This document shows, in pieces, positions 11,643 to 22,120 of a stretch of DNA of 35,215 bases. Every line of letters starts with the position of its first letter. The first letter of the stretch is position 1. The translations under genes were made by a program, and so were the position numbers. The stretch spans positions 748,193-783,407 of the forward strand of contig WELB01000008.1 in NCBI GenBank assembly GCA_009602725.1. The letters are read 5' to 3'. This DNA is from Spirogloea muscicola. Lineage: Eukaryota. Below the pieces are notes generated by a model. That model was not told where the DNA came from. It did not search any database and saw only the letters and a program-made list of their open reading frames with translations.

Positions 11643-12972
11643 CTACCGCCATCCACGCGGCCAGTATGCGTGCGCCCAGTAACCCCCCTGCTTCCACTTG
11701 TTGAACTCCAGAAGCTGGCGCGCGGCACCGTAGGCGACGACCAGGCAGGTACCCATCACGATGCGCTGCACAGTCTTGGACTGGATGCGCGGCACGAGGT
11801 GCGTGGCGGCCGCAAGGATGAGGCCCACTGAGCAGTAGAGGCCGCCCGAGGTGAAGCCTTCTGTGCCCAGCTGTGCGCCAGAGCCCTTGAAGAAGTACAC
11901 TATCTTTCCTGGTGCCGCAGCAGAGCCGTTGGCAACACGAGTCAGCGAAAACTGCACGAATGTGGCACTCAGTGACACAAACGACCAAAGTGAAAGCCTG
12001 AGGCTCATGCAATATAGGCGGTGGTGAATGCAGGTGCCTTGATTCGCAAGGAATGTGGTGATAGGTCTGGGCCGTGTACCTGGGCGCTCGCGATCCTGCA
12101 TGAACATGGGCATGCCGCGGATGATGTTGTACATGCCGCCGGAGACGGAGAACCAGTATATGGCGACACCGGCCAGCGCCCAGAGGCGCGCGTCGTGCAG
12201 CGGCGTGCGCATCGTCATGAGCTTGGTGCCGACGTACGGCGCCGCAACGACCAGCACCGCGACGATGATGCCGAGCGCCTGCTTGCTGATGGGCGGGGGC
12301 CGCGCCACGGGGCCGATGCTGACATTGGTGCGGTGCTGCACGAACGCCGCGATGCCCTCCAGGCTGCGGTCGAACTGGTCGAAGCGCATCTCGTCAGCGG
12401 GCTCATCACGGCCCGGCCCGAAGACCCGGAAGTGCGGCAGCATGCTGATGCCGTAGCGCTGGAACACATCCTGCCCACGTCAAGCGAGACAAATAAAGGC
12501 CCGGTTAGTGGGAGCTCTGTGACATCGGGCGGGCCCCATGACATGGTGAGGCCAGCACCACAGCGATGGGTCCGTCACGACGACGACGGCAGAGGGAGCT
12601 CACTAGGAGCAGCCATGGAGGAGAGACGGCGAAGGCGCGCACCTTAGCCTGCGAGAACTCGATCTCGAAAAAGAAGACGGCGTTGGCGGCGTCGGAGCCG
12701 GCGAAGTGGTGCTTGCGGAAGGCGGCGGCGACGAGGCCGAAGTCGGCGCGGAGCTCGCGGAGACGTAGCTCGGTGTTGTCGCGCAGTTGCTTGGCGTCGA
12801 AGAAGACGGCCATGCGGTACGGCCGCGGCTCCGGGGGGCCGCGGTAGCGCTCGAACGCCCCGCCGTCCAGCCGCACCACGCCATCGCGCGACCGCGCCCG
12901 CAGCCGCGCCAGCTCCGCCACGCGCGGGTCCGNCAGCTCCGCCGACGGACACGAGCGGTCCGAGGCCAGCAT
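11643..12972 (-). CDS. OST3: Oligosaccharyltransferase subunit OST3/OST6 family; true N-terminus uncertain (single n at 12933)
   Basis: Exons ~12932-12643, 12470-12080, 11908-11643. Thioredoxin-like luminal part (DGVVRLD..MAVFFDAKQL..FFFEIEF), then YWFSVSGGMYNIIRGMPMF, GSGAQLGTEGF, and C-terminus WKQGGYWAHAYWPRGWR* typical of plant OST3/6. Confidence 0.92.
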
Positions 12973-13084
12973 GCTGCACGAGACGCTGGGCTTCTGGCGG
13001 ACGGACCAGGGCTGGGGTCGGCAGAAGGCGGGCCAACGAGCGCCGATCTTGGAGTGGCGGAGGGAAGATGGCCTCACCAGAGCC

Positions 13085-14555
13085 ATGGCGGCGGCGGCGG
13101 CGGCGATGGCGATGGCGGCGCGGGAGGTGGCGGAGGCCTGCGTGGACGTGCTGGGCATGGAGCTGGTGGCGGCGTACGGCGGCATGCTGGGCGGCGGGCG
13201 GCCCGACCTCGCGGGCCGCCGCATCGAGGCCATCGGGTTCCAGGTCGGCCAGCAGCTCGCCGAGAGGTGCGCGGCGCGGCGCCATGGCGGCCTGCCGGCT
13301 CGAGTTGCGAGCCGGGAGCCGCTCCGCTTCAGCCATGGCATGCTGCGGCCTTTGTGGGCACCCGCCACTGCCGCGCCCAGAAGCGGAGGATAAAGGACGA
13401 GCTGCAAGCACAGGCTACAACCAAGAGCAGGGCGGCGCTGGACAGGCCAGCCATAGCCGCTGATCCGCTGCTCTCGAGCGAGCGGGCGAGCGAGCGAGCG
13501 AGCTCAAGGTCCAGGGCGAGCGGAGCGGCGCGCAGGTACACCAAGGAGCGGCCGCGGTTCGCCGACCACTTGGACGTCATCAAGTTCATCTGCAAGGACT
13601 TTTGGGCGGAGGTCTTCAAGAAGCAGGTGGACAACCTCAAGACCAACCACCGGGTGCGTCCAACGCCGCCGCCGCCGCCCACCACGGCCTCTTCCTCTTC
13701 ATAAAACCTAAATCCAAAACCCTTTACCCTGGTCCCCAAACCCTAATCGTAAATCCTCACCCCTAAAACGAGTATCATCATGTGGATGCTGTTGGGGCCC
13801 CTTTCCAGAAGCCCAATTCGCTCTGGAGAAGCGAGTAGGGAGCTTCTGCTGCAATGGTTCATCAGGGCAACTCATGATGAGCACAAAGACCATCCTGTCC
13901 TGCAGGGTGTCTTCGTCCTCCAGGACAACCGCTTCCGCTGGCTCACGCGGATCTCTCCAGCTAGCACGCCCCCGCATGAAGGGCCCGCGACCAAGGGTGA
14001 GTGAGGAAGCACTTGCAAGAGCTCCTGCTACGTAAAGGGACGCCAGGCTTTCAGGCCTGCAGGCTCGGGACCATCATGCCACATAACATTGCTAGCAAAG
14101 GAACTCTTGATTGTGGGTTTTGGAGTAGCTGTTATGACCCGGACACAAGCCTGGAATAGCAGCCCTTGCATCCTGCTTCCGCAGCCTTGCCATGGATACG
14201 CGCTCATTACCGGTCTATCTCTGCACACAGAGGGTGGCCCAGTCTCCGCAACGCAGGCCGCTGGCCAGTATCTGTACTTTCCCTGCGGCCTCATCCGTGG
14301 GGTCCTTACAAGTTTAGGAGTGCCGTGCGCAGTATCTGCTGAGATTGCAACACTGCCTGCATGTGAGTGCACTGTCCTGCATCTGCTGAAGAGCAGTGCC
14401 CTTCTAGTAATGGAATACTGGACAGTAGAACTTAGGCACAGGAAAATAGATGCTGTGCGAAGCTATTTCAGACCAATCTGCAGCTCGGGTCTTGTGACAC
14501 AGTAAGCTGCTGCCGCGCGAGTGCAGGTTCATTTACTGTCAGAATCAAATCATGA
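13085..14555 (+). CDS. TRS33: TRAPP complex subunit TRS33/TRAPPC6; 5 exons (alternative in-frame ATGs at 13106 and 13112)
   Basis: Exons 13085-13266, 13536-13653, 13906-13996, 14231-14362, 14527-14555: REVAEAC..RRIEAIGFQVGQQLAER/YTKERPRFADHLDVIKFICKDFWAEVFKKQVDNLKTNHR/GVFVLQDNRFRWL..YLYFPCGLIRGVLTSLG..CSFTVRIKS*. Confidence 0.95.
13703..13769. promoter_or_regulatory. Cluster of degenerate plant telomere-type repeats including a telo-box (AAACCCTAA), in TRS33 intron 2
   Basis: AAAACCTAAATCCAAAACCCTTTACCCT...AAACCCTAAT...CCCTAAAAC. Regulatory function is inferred only. Confidence 0.5.
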
Positions 14556-15089
14556 GGTCGCCACTGTTTATCGATAAGCATCTGGTCAGTGTTGAGAACC
14601 TTTGCTTGCTGCCCTTCAAGCTCTCCTCACAATCTTTGCACACGCAGCTCATGTCAGACGTGCAAACTAGATGTGTTGATGACATTAGGAGTACATAAGT
14701 GACACTTACAATTATCGCAAATGACCCTTGCAGACTTTCTTGGCACAGAGCAGCCGCAGGTCTTGAGCATGTCAGACGACAATTATGGAGGTCAACAGAG
14801 CCAAATTGCTGCAGACGAAGTGCTTTCACATTATTGTGCTGCTAAAACGGAATAATAAGAGTTTGAGCTTTCAGTCAAGAAAGCAACTCATTACTCTGTA
14901 TTAAAAGCACTGAGCCCATGCTCTTTACAGTAGTCGAGCAGCTGTGCTTGTGCATGGCTGTCGATGACAGCAAGCTGCAAATTAAAGATGCATGTATTAC
15001 TACAAATTGAATAACACAGTCGGAGCAGAGGAACTGTCAACTTAAAGCTAAGGACTGCTGAAAGGGAGCTGCACAAGCACAGACAACCT

Positions 15090-16132
15090 TCAAGCCATGC
15101 CAAACTTCTTCTGCCAGAAAGCCATCTGCTCGGACACACAAGCAGCACCGGTTGAGCCGTACGACCTGAATTTGCCAATGGAGTTCTCCACTCCAAGGAA
15201 GGAGTATACATCATCCTCGAAGATGGGGTTAATGCCCCTGAGCTCCTCCAAGGACAGTGCTTGCAGTTCCACACGCTTGGAGACAGCAAGGGCGACAGCT
15301 CTGCCTACGACGTCGTGTGATGTGCGGAAGGGCATACCCTGTACAGCAGAAAGCAGACAGCACAGCACTTGCAAAATAATATCACGATAGTGCAATGAGG
15401 GAAAGGACAGTCCGTCAACCTTGGGTCAACGTGCTAGTGGAAGGAAAGCTGCTGAAAAGACACAGCAGCAGGCAGATACTGGATGGAGAGCTCACTTTGT
15501 AAACCAGGTAATCCGCCAGGGTTGTCGCATCCAAGTGTCCTTGAGGAAGGGACTGCTGAATGCGATCCTTGTTGAAGGTCACATTGTTTGCAAACTCTGC
15601 TGTCACCTCAAGCACGGCTATGATAGTCTCCACGCTGTCAAAGAGAGGTTCCTTGTCTTCCTGTATTTTGACCACCAGAGCATAAGTTTCTGATAAACAT
15701 CCCAGTCAACTACCATGCTAATTCTAACCGCCTGCAGAAGCAGCAGATTGAGTTGTATCACTCAATGAACATGCACATATTGCATTGCACTTGTGGCATT
15801 AACCTAGAGTCACCAACTGTCAATAGGAAAGTTGGCCAACCTGCAGGTCCCGGTTGTACGCAAGCGGAAGGCCCTTGCACAGCACCAACAGTGTAGTCAA
15901 GTCCCCAACTATTCTTGCTGTTTTGCCCCGCACAATCTCCATCGGATCGGGGTTCTTCTTCTGCGGCATGATGCTGCTGCCAGTCGATACCCGGTCGCTT
16001 GGTGTCAGGAATCCGTACTCTTCGGTGGCCCAGAGCACCCATTCCTCCGCCAATCTTGAGGTGTGGATGGCGATGATAGAATTGGCTGCCAGAAACTCGA
16101 TAACAAAGTCGCGATCTGAGACGCCGTCCACA
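15090..16132 (-). CDS. argH: Argininosuccinate lyase, last three exons only
   Basis: Exons 16132-15841, 15660-15496, 15338-15090: [25 protein letters not shown] (fumarase/ASL signature), [46 protein letters not shown]. No 5' exons were found in the window. Confidence 0.93.
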
Positions 16133-16324
16133 CTGCACAGAATCACACTTAAGCACCTTAAGTACCTTGACTGGTCTGTTCTGGCTAAGAGCAGCTCATC
16201 ATGGTAATGAGTACTCTGGCATTCCCACCTCTACAGTCAGGTATGACACTAGCCTCTACCTCTGTGAAATGTTCAAGTGAACAACTGAACCTCGCCCTCC
16301 CACCCCCTCCCCACCCCCCTTCAN

Positions 16325-17956
16325 CCACGACCTCACGCCGTTTCGAGCTCGTCGTCAGCCTCGGGGCGCAGCTGGCGCGGGCGGTACCGCTGCAGTAGCC
16401 AGCCAGCCAGCCAGCGAAGACTCGAGCCGACAGACAACTGCCTTGCTTTACTTCCTGCTCGCCATTGATACGCACGGGGCGATAGGCGCTCGGTGGCTCG
16501 AGCTGCTCAACCAGCTCTCACGCCACGCCATTGTCCGCCGCTTCCATGGGGAGCCGGTGGACTTTAATGCAGCCGGGTCGCTAGCGCAGGTGTACCGCAT
16601 GCGCTTGGTCGTCTCGCTGCAGAGGTCTATGGCCCGCGCGCTGCACCTGCGTGCCAGCAGAGCCCTCGCTGCTGCCTCTGGCTCTGGCCAGGGGACCCGC
16701 TTTCAGGAACCCAGTCTCTCTGACCTGAGGCTGCTTAGCAGGGTTACTGAGTGCTTCGTAGCTGCTTACTTTCTTCTTCTGCTTGTTTTTCTTTGTGCTT
16801 CCCCTGGCCTCTTCTCGTCTGTTGTTCATTCTTTTTTGGGCTGGCTTTTTCCAGCCCCTATCCTCAATGGGCGAGCCCTTCTTCTTTGATTTCTACATAA
16901 GAGCACCGCAGGCCTTCTGTCTTCTGTTTGGGCTGGCCTCTTACAGCCATCGCCTTGCTTTGAAGAGCAGCTCGTTTGTTTGGTATACATTAGCCCCTGC
17001 CAAAATCTTCTCTGTTCTTCTAACATAGTGTACTGGCTTGCTTTGGCCTCCCTCTCATCTCATGTGCACTGCATGCCCTCGTTCTTCTGTGTGCAGCTCA
17101 GACACCAGGGAAGGCGCACGGTGTGCACGGACGCTCTTCCAATAACATGGAGTGATATGGAGGGCAAGCCGAGATGTTCAGGCAATAAAAGTTTGGATAG
17201 TGGAGCCACACAATGGGAAGCCCTGAGAGGGTAGAGCTAGGAGAGCAACAACAAGTGTGGTGTCGCTTGTTGTGTCTGCCTCCTTGTGAAGCTGGCCTTT
17301 CACAGCCATCGCCCCCTTTGAAGATGGCTGTTTGTTGGGGATGAAGGTTGATCGCTACCCTGCTGATCGGTTTCTCGGGAGCTTGGTGGTTCGTCCTGAC
17401 CATGATCACCGGGAGACACCAGCGCATGTTCTACTTGGGCTGGCCTTCCAAAGCCATCGCCCCAATCTTCTGTTGCGATTTTCGTTCTCACCTCAGCCCC
17501 TGTCAGATGTCTCTTTGTTCTTGCCACGAGAGTGTTACTGGCTTCCGACTGGCTGTTCACCGCCGGCGCCCACTGGCAAGGAGCCACTTTCTACTGGCTT
17601 GACTTGGCCTCCCTCTTCGGTCCATGCACACCGCGCGCCTTCGCCCTCAGCGCATGTCGGTACCTAAGGTGACATTGAATGAACAAAGAACGAGAAGGGG
17701 GCCAGAGGAAGCCAGAGGAAGCGCTAAGAAACCAAAGCACACAAAGAAAGAAAGCAGCTACAAATTACTCAGTAACCCCTGCTAAGCAGCGCATGTCGGA
17801 CCCTTCCGAGATGGTGAACCCGAGACTCACTCTTCCTTCCAAATTCGTACACAGAGGCCGCCACGTGGCTTGTCGCGACGGGTCTCACAGCAACACGTGG
17901 CGGCAGAGCGCGGGCAATTGTCGCCACACGTCTACGCCTGGCCGAGAACAGCCAAC

Positions 17957-17988
<32 letters not shown>

Positions 17989-18850
17989 GCGGCGGCGGCG
18001 GAGGCGGCGGCGGCGGCGATCGGCAGACTGAGCTGGAGAAGTGGCCTTGGCTCAGAGCTTTACTTGTAGGCGCGGGTGGGGGGGGACTCGGGGGGGCGGT
18101 TTCCCAGACGCTGGCTCTCAGCGGCGGGCTCTGGGGTCCCCCATCCTGGGCCGTGATCAAAGCGGTCGTCAAACCCGTCACCCATCCCCCCGGTGCCGCC
18201 AGCAGCCAGCCCGCGGCGCCGCCGCGGGCCCCCACGTGGGCCGGCCACGGGCGACCAGCGCCGGTCGGGGGGGACCGCCCCGGTCCCGCCCTTCGCTGTG
18301 CCCTACTAGGCCCTGCCCCACTGAGCAGCCCAGTCCCGGTCGGGGGACCCGGTCCCGGTCCTGGGCGGGATCCAACCGGGGGGCGGCCCGGCGGCGCCGC
18401 TTTTGCAGAGATGGCGCGCGCGGTTGCGCATGAGTGGCAGAATAAAGATAAGGAAAGAAGTGGCACTCCCAATGGGGGCAATGGCTGTGAAAAGCCAGCC
18501 CGAAAAGAATTGACGAAGGTGCGAAGGTGCCAGAAGGCAAGCTACCAAGGGGCCTGGAGAAGCTATGTCAGTACGGGGGGTGGATGGACCACTCAGTATT
18601 ACGAGTGAGGAGCCTCAAACCCGGCAGACTAACTGCTGGAAACTATCGAAGAAAGAAGAAGGTGCTCGCCCATTGAGAAGAGGGCGGTGTGGCTGCGAGT
18701 GGCCAGTCCAGAAAAACGAGTGAACAAAGTTCGAAGGGGCCAGGGAAGCGCTAAGCTAGCACAAAGAGCCCCTTCCGATGTGAACCAATGAAGAAGAGCA
18801 GCGAAGTATTGGCTGTAAAAAGCTGGGAATGTGGCTGTGAGCAGCATTAC
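16325..18850. mobile_element. Nest A of CRE-like retroelement 3' fragments in both orientations
   Basis: 16450-16878 (+) is a diverged copy of 33675-34056 (LAIDTHGAIGARWLELL..SLSDLRLLSR plus 3' motif). Further ORF ends at ~17769-17802 (-) and ~18594-18630 (-). Terminal motifs near 16925, 17291, 17435, 18470 and 18665. Confidence 0.88.
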
Positions 18851-19889
18851 TCAACTGGGAGCTATTCATCCGAAATGAATGGAGTGTGTATATATGAATG
18901 GGTCAACAGCTGCAATTTTCATGCATGAGAAAGCTCAAGGGCCCACAGCTGCAAGATGCGTGCAGGCATTCACCATCAGGTGGACACTACGGACAATACA
19001 ACAAAGTATGCTGCGGCTTTATGCCTCTGCCAAGGCGAGGCATACGAGGTAGACCCTGTATCTTGACCCAGCGTTTATACTGTACGGGGCCGGGAGCTTA
19101 GAGCTACTGTCCGTGTTAGAGCTTCCCTCTGTCCTTCCCGCTGGCAGTTCATTCCCCAGCCAACCCCTTTGGAGCCTAGTTGTGGATTGGCCTTACAGCC
19201 TACAGCAAGTTGAGGAAAAGCTTTAAGCAATCTCCCACTTACAAAGGGCAATGCGTTATCGTCCTTCTGGTGGTGGCCTCGTCTTGCTGGATCTCTCGTT
19301 GATTTCAGAGAATGATGAAAGCCCCCGCCACATCTAAAGAAGCTATGTCTATCATCTACTTCATTTACTCGTAAAAGTGATCTTGTACACGCACCTTCTA
19401 TGTCCTCTTAAAGATTCACAGATCTACCTGCTAAAGCTGCATATCATGTGAAGAGGCTATCTTGTCTGCTTCACATGGCTTTGTAAAGCTGACAGCTGAC
19501 AGCATCCTCTCTAAAGAGCTTCCACAGCATCAGCACAACTGACTAGCCATGCCATCCATGCCCTTGATTTGTGGATTTTGGGATCGATGGTCAGCAACCG
19601 ACTCATCCAATTTCGCAAAGCTTGGAAGGGGAAGAAGACATTCGGCAAACTTCATTGAACACCCATGTACATCGTCAGCGGAATCAAAACAGCAAGTCAG
19701 GCTGTAACGCCTGTCTCTACCTGTAATTGAACGGGGACAGGCGACCTGCACTTGCTGCTAATAGAACACTGTTGCATCAGTGTCACAGCTGCACCTACTC
19801 TCACACAAAGCTCAAGTATGGAAGTGTCACTGATCTAGAAGTCCACTATCGGTCTGTGCTAATTCATGCGTTTATACACTTGCACACCC

Positions 19890-21961
19890 TCACATAATGA
19901 TCTCCGGCTTCAGGATGTTGGCTTTGATCTCCTTGTGTGGGAGGACAACCCCTCCATTCAAGTAAACCTCGTCAAGGACACTGACATCTTCCCCAAGGAC
20001 GCTCATATTTTCAATACGCGCCCACTGCAAGTGCGACCAATGTGTCAGCACGATTGTAGACTATGCTTGGACATCTCTGTGCCAAAATCTGCAGAAGTGG
20101 ATAGGTAGCAAGCTACTACCTGGCCAATCCTGGAGTGCCAGCCGATGATGGAGCCAGAAATACAGGCGTGCTTCTTGACACGGACACCGCGCAATATTGT
20201 GCACCGTGAAAGTCTGACCCCCGGCTCAATAACACATCCAGGTCCCACCGAGACATCTGGTCCCAGGAGACACCCTTCACCAATCTCTGCAGTCTCATCA
20301 ATCAAAACATTGCCCGTAATGAAGCCTCCATGTGCCAGTCTGTCAGGGCTGTGGACAAAGACAAAGCCAGGTTCGAAGTTAGAGGAGGCAATGCCAGCTG
20401 CATCACTGATACTGCAAGTTTACAATTTGCCTGACTTGAAAGCCTGCTGAATGTGAGAGAACAACCACGGCATATTGCTTGGGTTCAAGACCTACAAGCG
20501 CTTCCGGAGAGAGTCCAGGTAGAGCCGAAGCCCAAGAATATAATCACGAGGCTGACCAACGTCCATCCAGAAACCTGGAAGGACCATAGCAAAGAGCTTG
20601 TTCTCCGCAGCAATCTTGGGGAAGATCTCCTGCAGTCACAGAGCTCTAAAATCGTCAACAAGATAGGCAAAGAGGTGATATTCAGACCAACAATCATGAA
20701 GAGTGATAGCCTAGTCTTGATGCGTCTATGGAGCTAGAGAAAGACGAGCCAGCGATGCATACTGTCAACTCACAACATTACATAACAAAGAAGACTGCTT
20801 GCGCATTCAAGTCCGGTGCTGATAAGGCAAGCCAGAGTGAGTAACATGGGACAAAGCACAAGGAGACAACCTTCTCAATGGACGTAGGGCGGAGTTCGAT
20901 GCGGTCCAGAGACTCAGGGTTTAGAATGTAAATTCCAGCATTGATCTTGTTGCCAACAAATGTCTGTGGCTTCTCAACAAATCGTTGCACTGTGCCATCC
21001 TCTTCATTCATGACAACAACTCCATACTTGGAAGGCTCGTCAACCTGAACAACATTATGCAGCATCGTCAGGCTGCATTTTGCTGCTGGAAGGAGTACTC
21101 AAGCCTTTCCAGTGTTGGGACTCTGTTAGTGTGGGAGGACAATCGAGGTCTGATTGTACCTTTGTGACGAGAAGAGATGCTTCAGCTCCTGTCTTCTTGT
21201 GGAAGGCCAGCATATCTGCCAGGGGATACTCGCTAATGACATCGCTGTTAAGGACAAAGAAGGGATCTCCGGAACCATCGGCCAGGATGTCGCGAGCGAG
21301 TGCCAAAGGACCAGCAGTTCCCATAGGCTCCTTCTCCTGCGAGCAGACGATCTTGATTCCTAGGGCTGCCTCGAAATCCTTCAGGAAGCTCAACATGACC
21401 TGTTGAAGAAAGAGGGCATGAATGAGCATTGTGACTGGCCTTTTCGGTTGATGCCATTCCTTGCCATCCCCAAGGAAAGTATTGACTGAGTGAACGATCC
21501 TTGAGGGCAGACAGCACGACCTACAAGTTGAAGATCTAGACCAAGGATTTTAACAACTTGCCTGCGGCTGGTAGTTGATGGCCAGGACCACTTCAGTCAC
21601 ACCTGCAGCCTTCAGAGCTTCAATCTGAGCAGGAGCAGCGCAGGGTTGGATCTTCAGTCAAAGCCGTTGTAAGTGATACAATGCTGAGTCTTGGCTCATC
21701 TCATAGACAGGCATGATGCCCTGGATCCGCTGTAGGGAGGTAAAAGGTTAATGCTTGCGACCCTGACGGCGCAAAACCAGATCTACAGTTCTGCTGAGCA
21801 GGCAGAGGCGCTGTGGTAGAGATCGGGTGGAAGCATGGCGAGGGCGGTGCCTGGTGGAGGATCATCGGCTTGTTGGCGAAGTCGACCAGCGGCTTCGGCA
21901 CACTGAGCGTGAGCGGCCGCAGCCGCGTCCCGAACCCGCCGACGAGGATGAGCGCCTTCAT
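19890..21961 (-). CDS. CYT1: GDP-mannose pyrophosphorylase (mannose-1-phosphate guanylyltransferase); 7 exons
   Basis: Exons 21961-21851, 21624-21562, 21399-21160, 21044-20871, 20629-20496, 20348-20120, 20024-19890: [92 protein letters not shown]. Introns 1 and 2 have GC donors. Confidence 0.98.
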
Positions 21962-21994
21962 GGCTGCGGTCAGCCTCCCGCGACGGCGGCAGGA

Positions 21995-22027
<33 letters not shown>

Positions 22028-22120
22028 TGACGCGGGCGGAGACGGCGGCAGCGGCAGTCCGTAGGGGGGGGTGGGGGGGGGGGGGNNNNNNNNNNNNNNN
22101 NNNNNNNNNNNNNNNNNNNN

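Noticed and set aside
12505..13704. Long overlapping ORFs of 250-305 aa on both strands
   Set aside because: By-products of very high GC over the OST3 and TRS33 first exons and introns.
16824..16878. HDV-like or hammerhead ribozyme, or Sm-site snRNA/SL RNA, as the identity of the repeated motif
   Set aside because: The resemblance is superficial. There is no P1 partner or nested pseudoknot, no CUGAUGA/GAAA core, the U-tract is interrupted by C, and the motif always sits in retroelement 3' UTRs.
17679..18608. 309-aa Gly/Pro-rich plus-strand ORF
   Set aside because: Antisense reading of GC-rich retroelement-derived sequence.
16325..18850. CRISPR-like repeat-spacer array
   Set aside because: The repeats are irregularly spaced, in both orientations, divergent and tied to retroelement ORF ends. 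The context is eukaryotic and no cas genes are present.
19445..19477. Small hairpin CATGTGAAG..CTTCACATG downstream of CYT1
   Set aside because: A 9-bp stem is expected by chance in 35 kb and has no other support.
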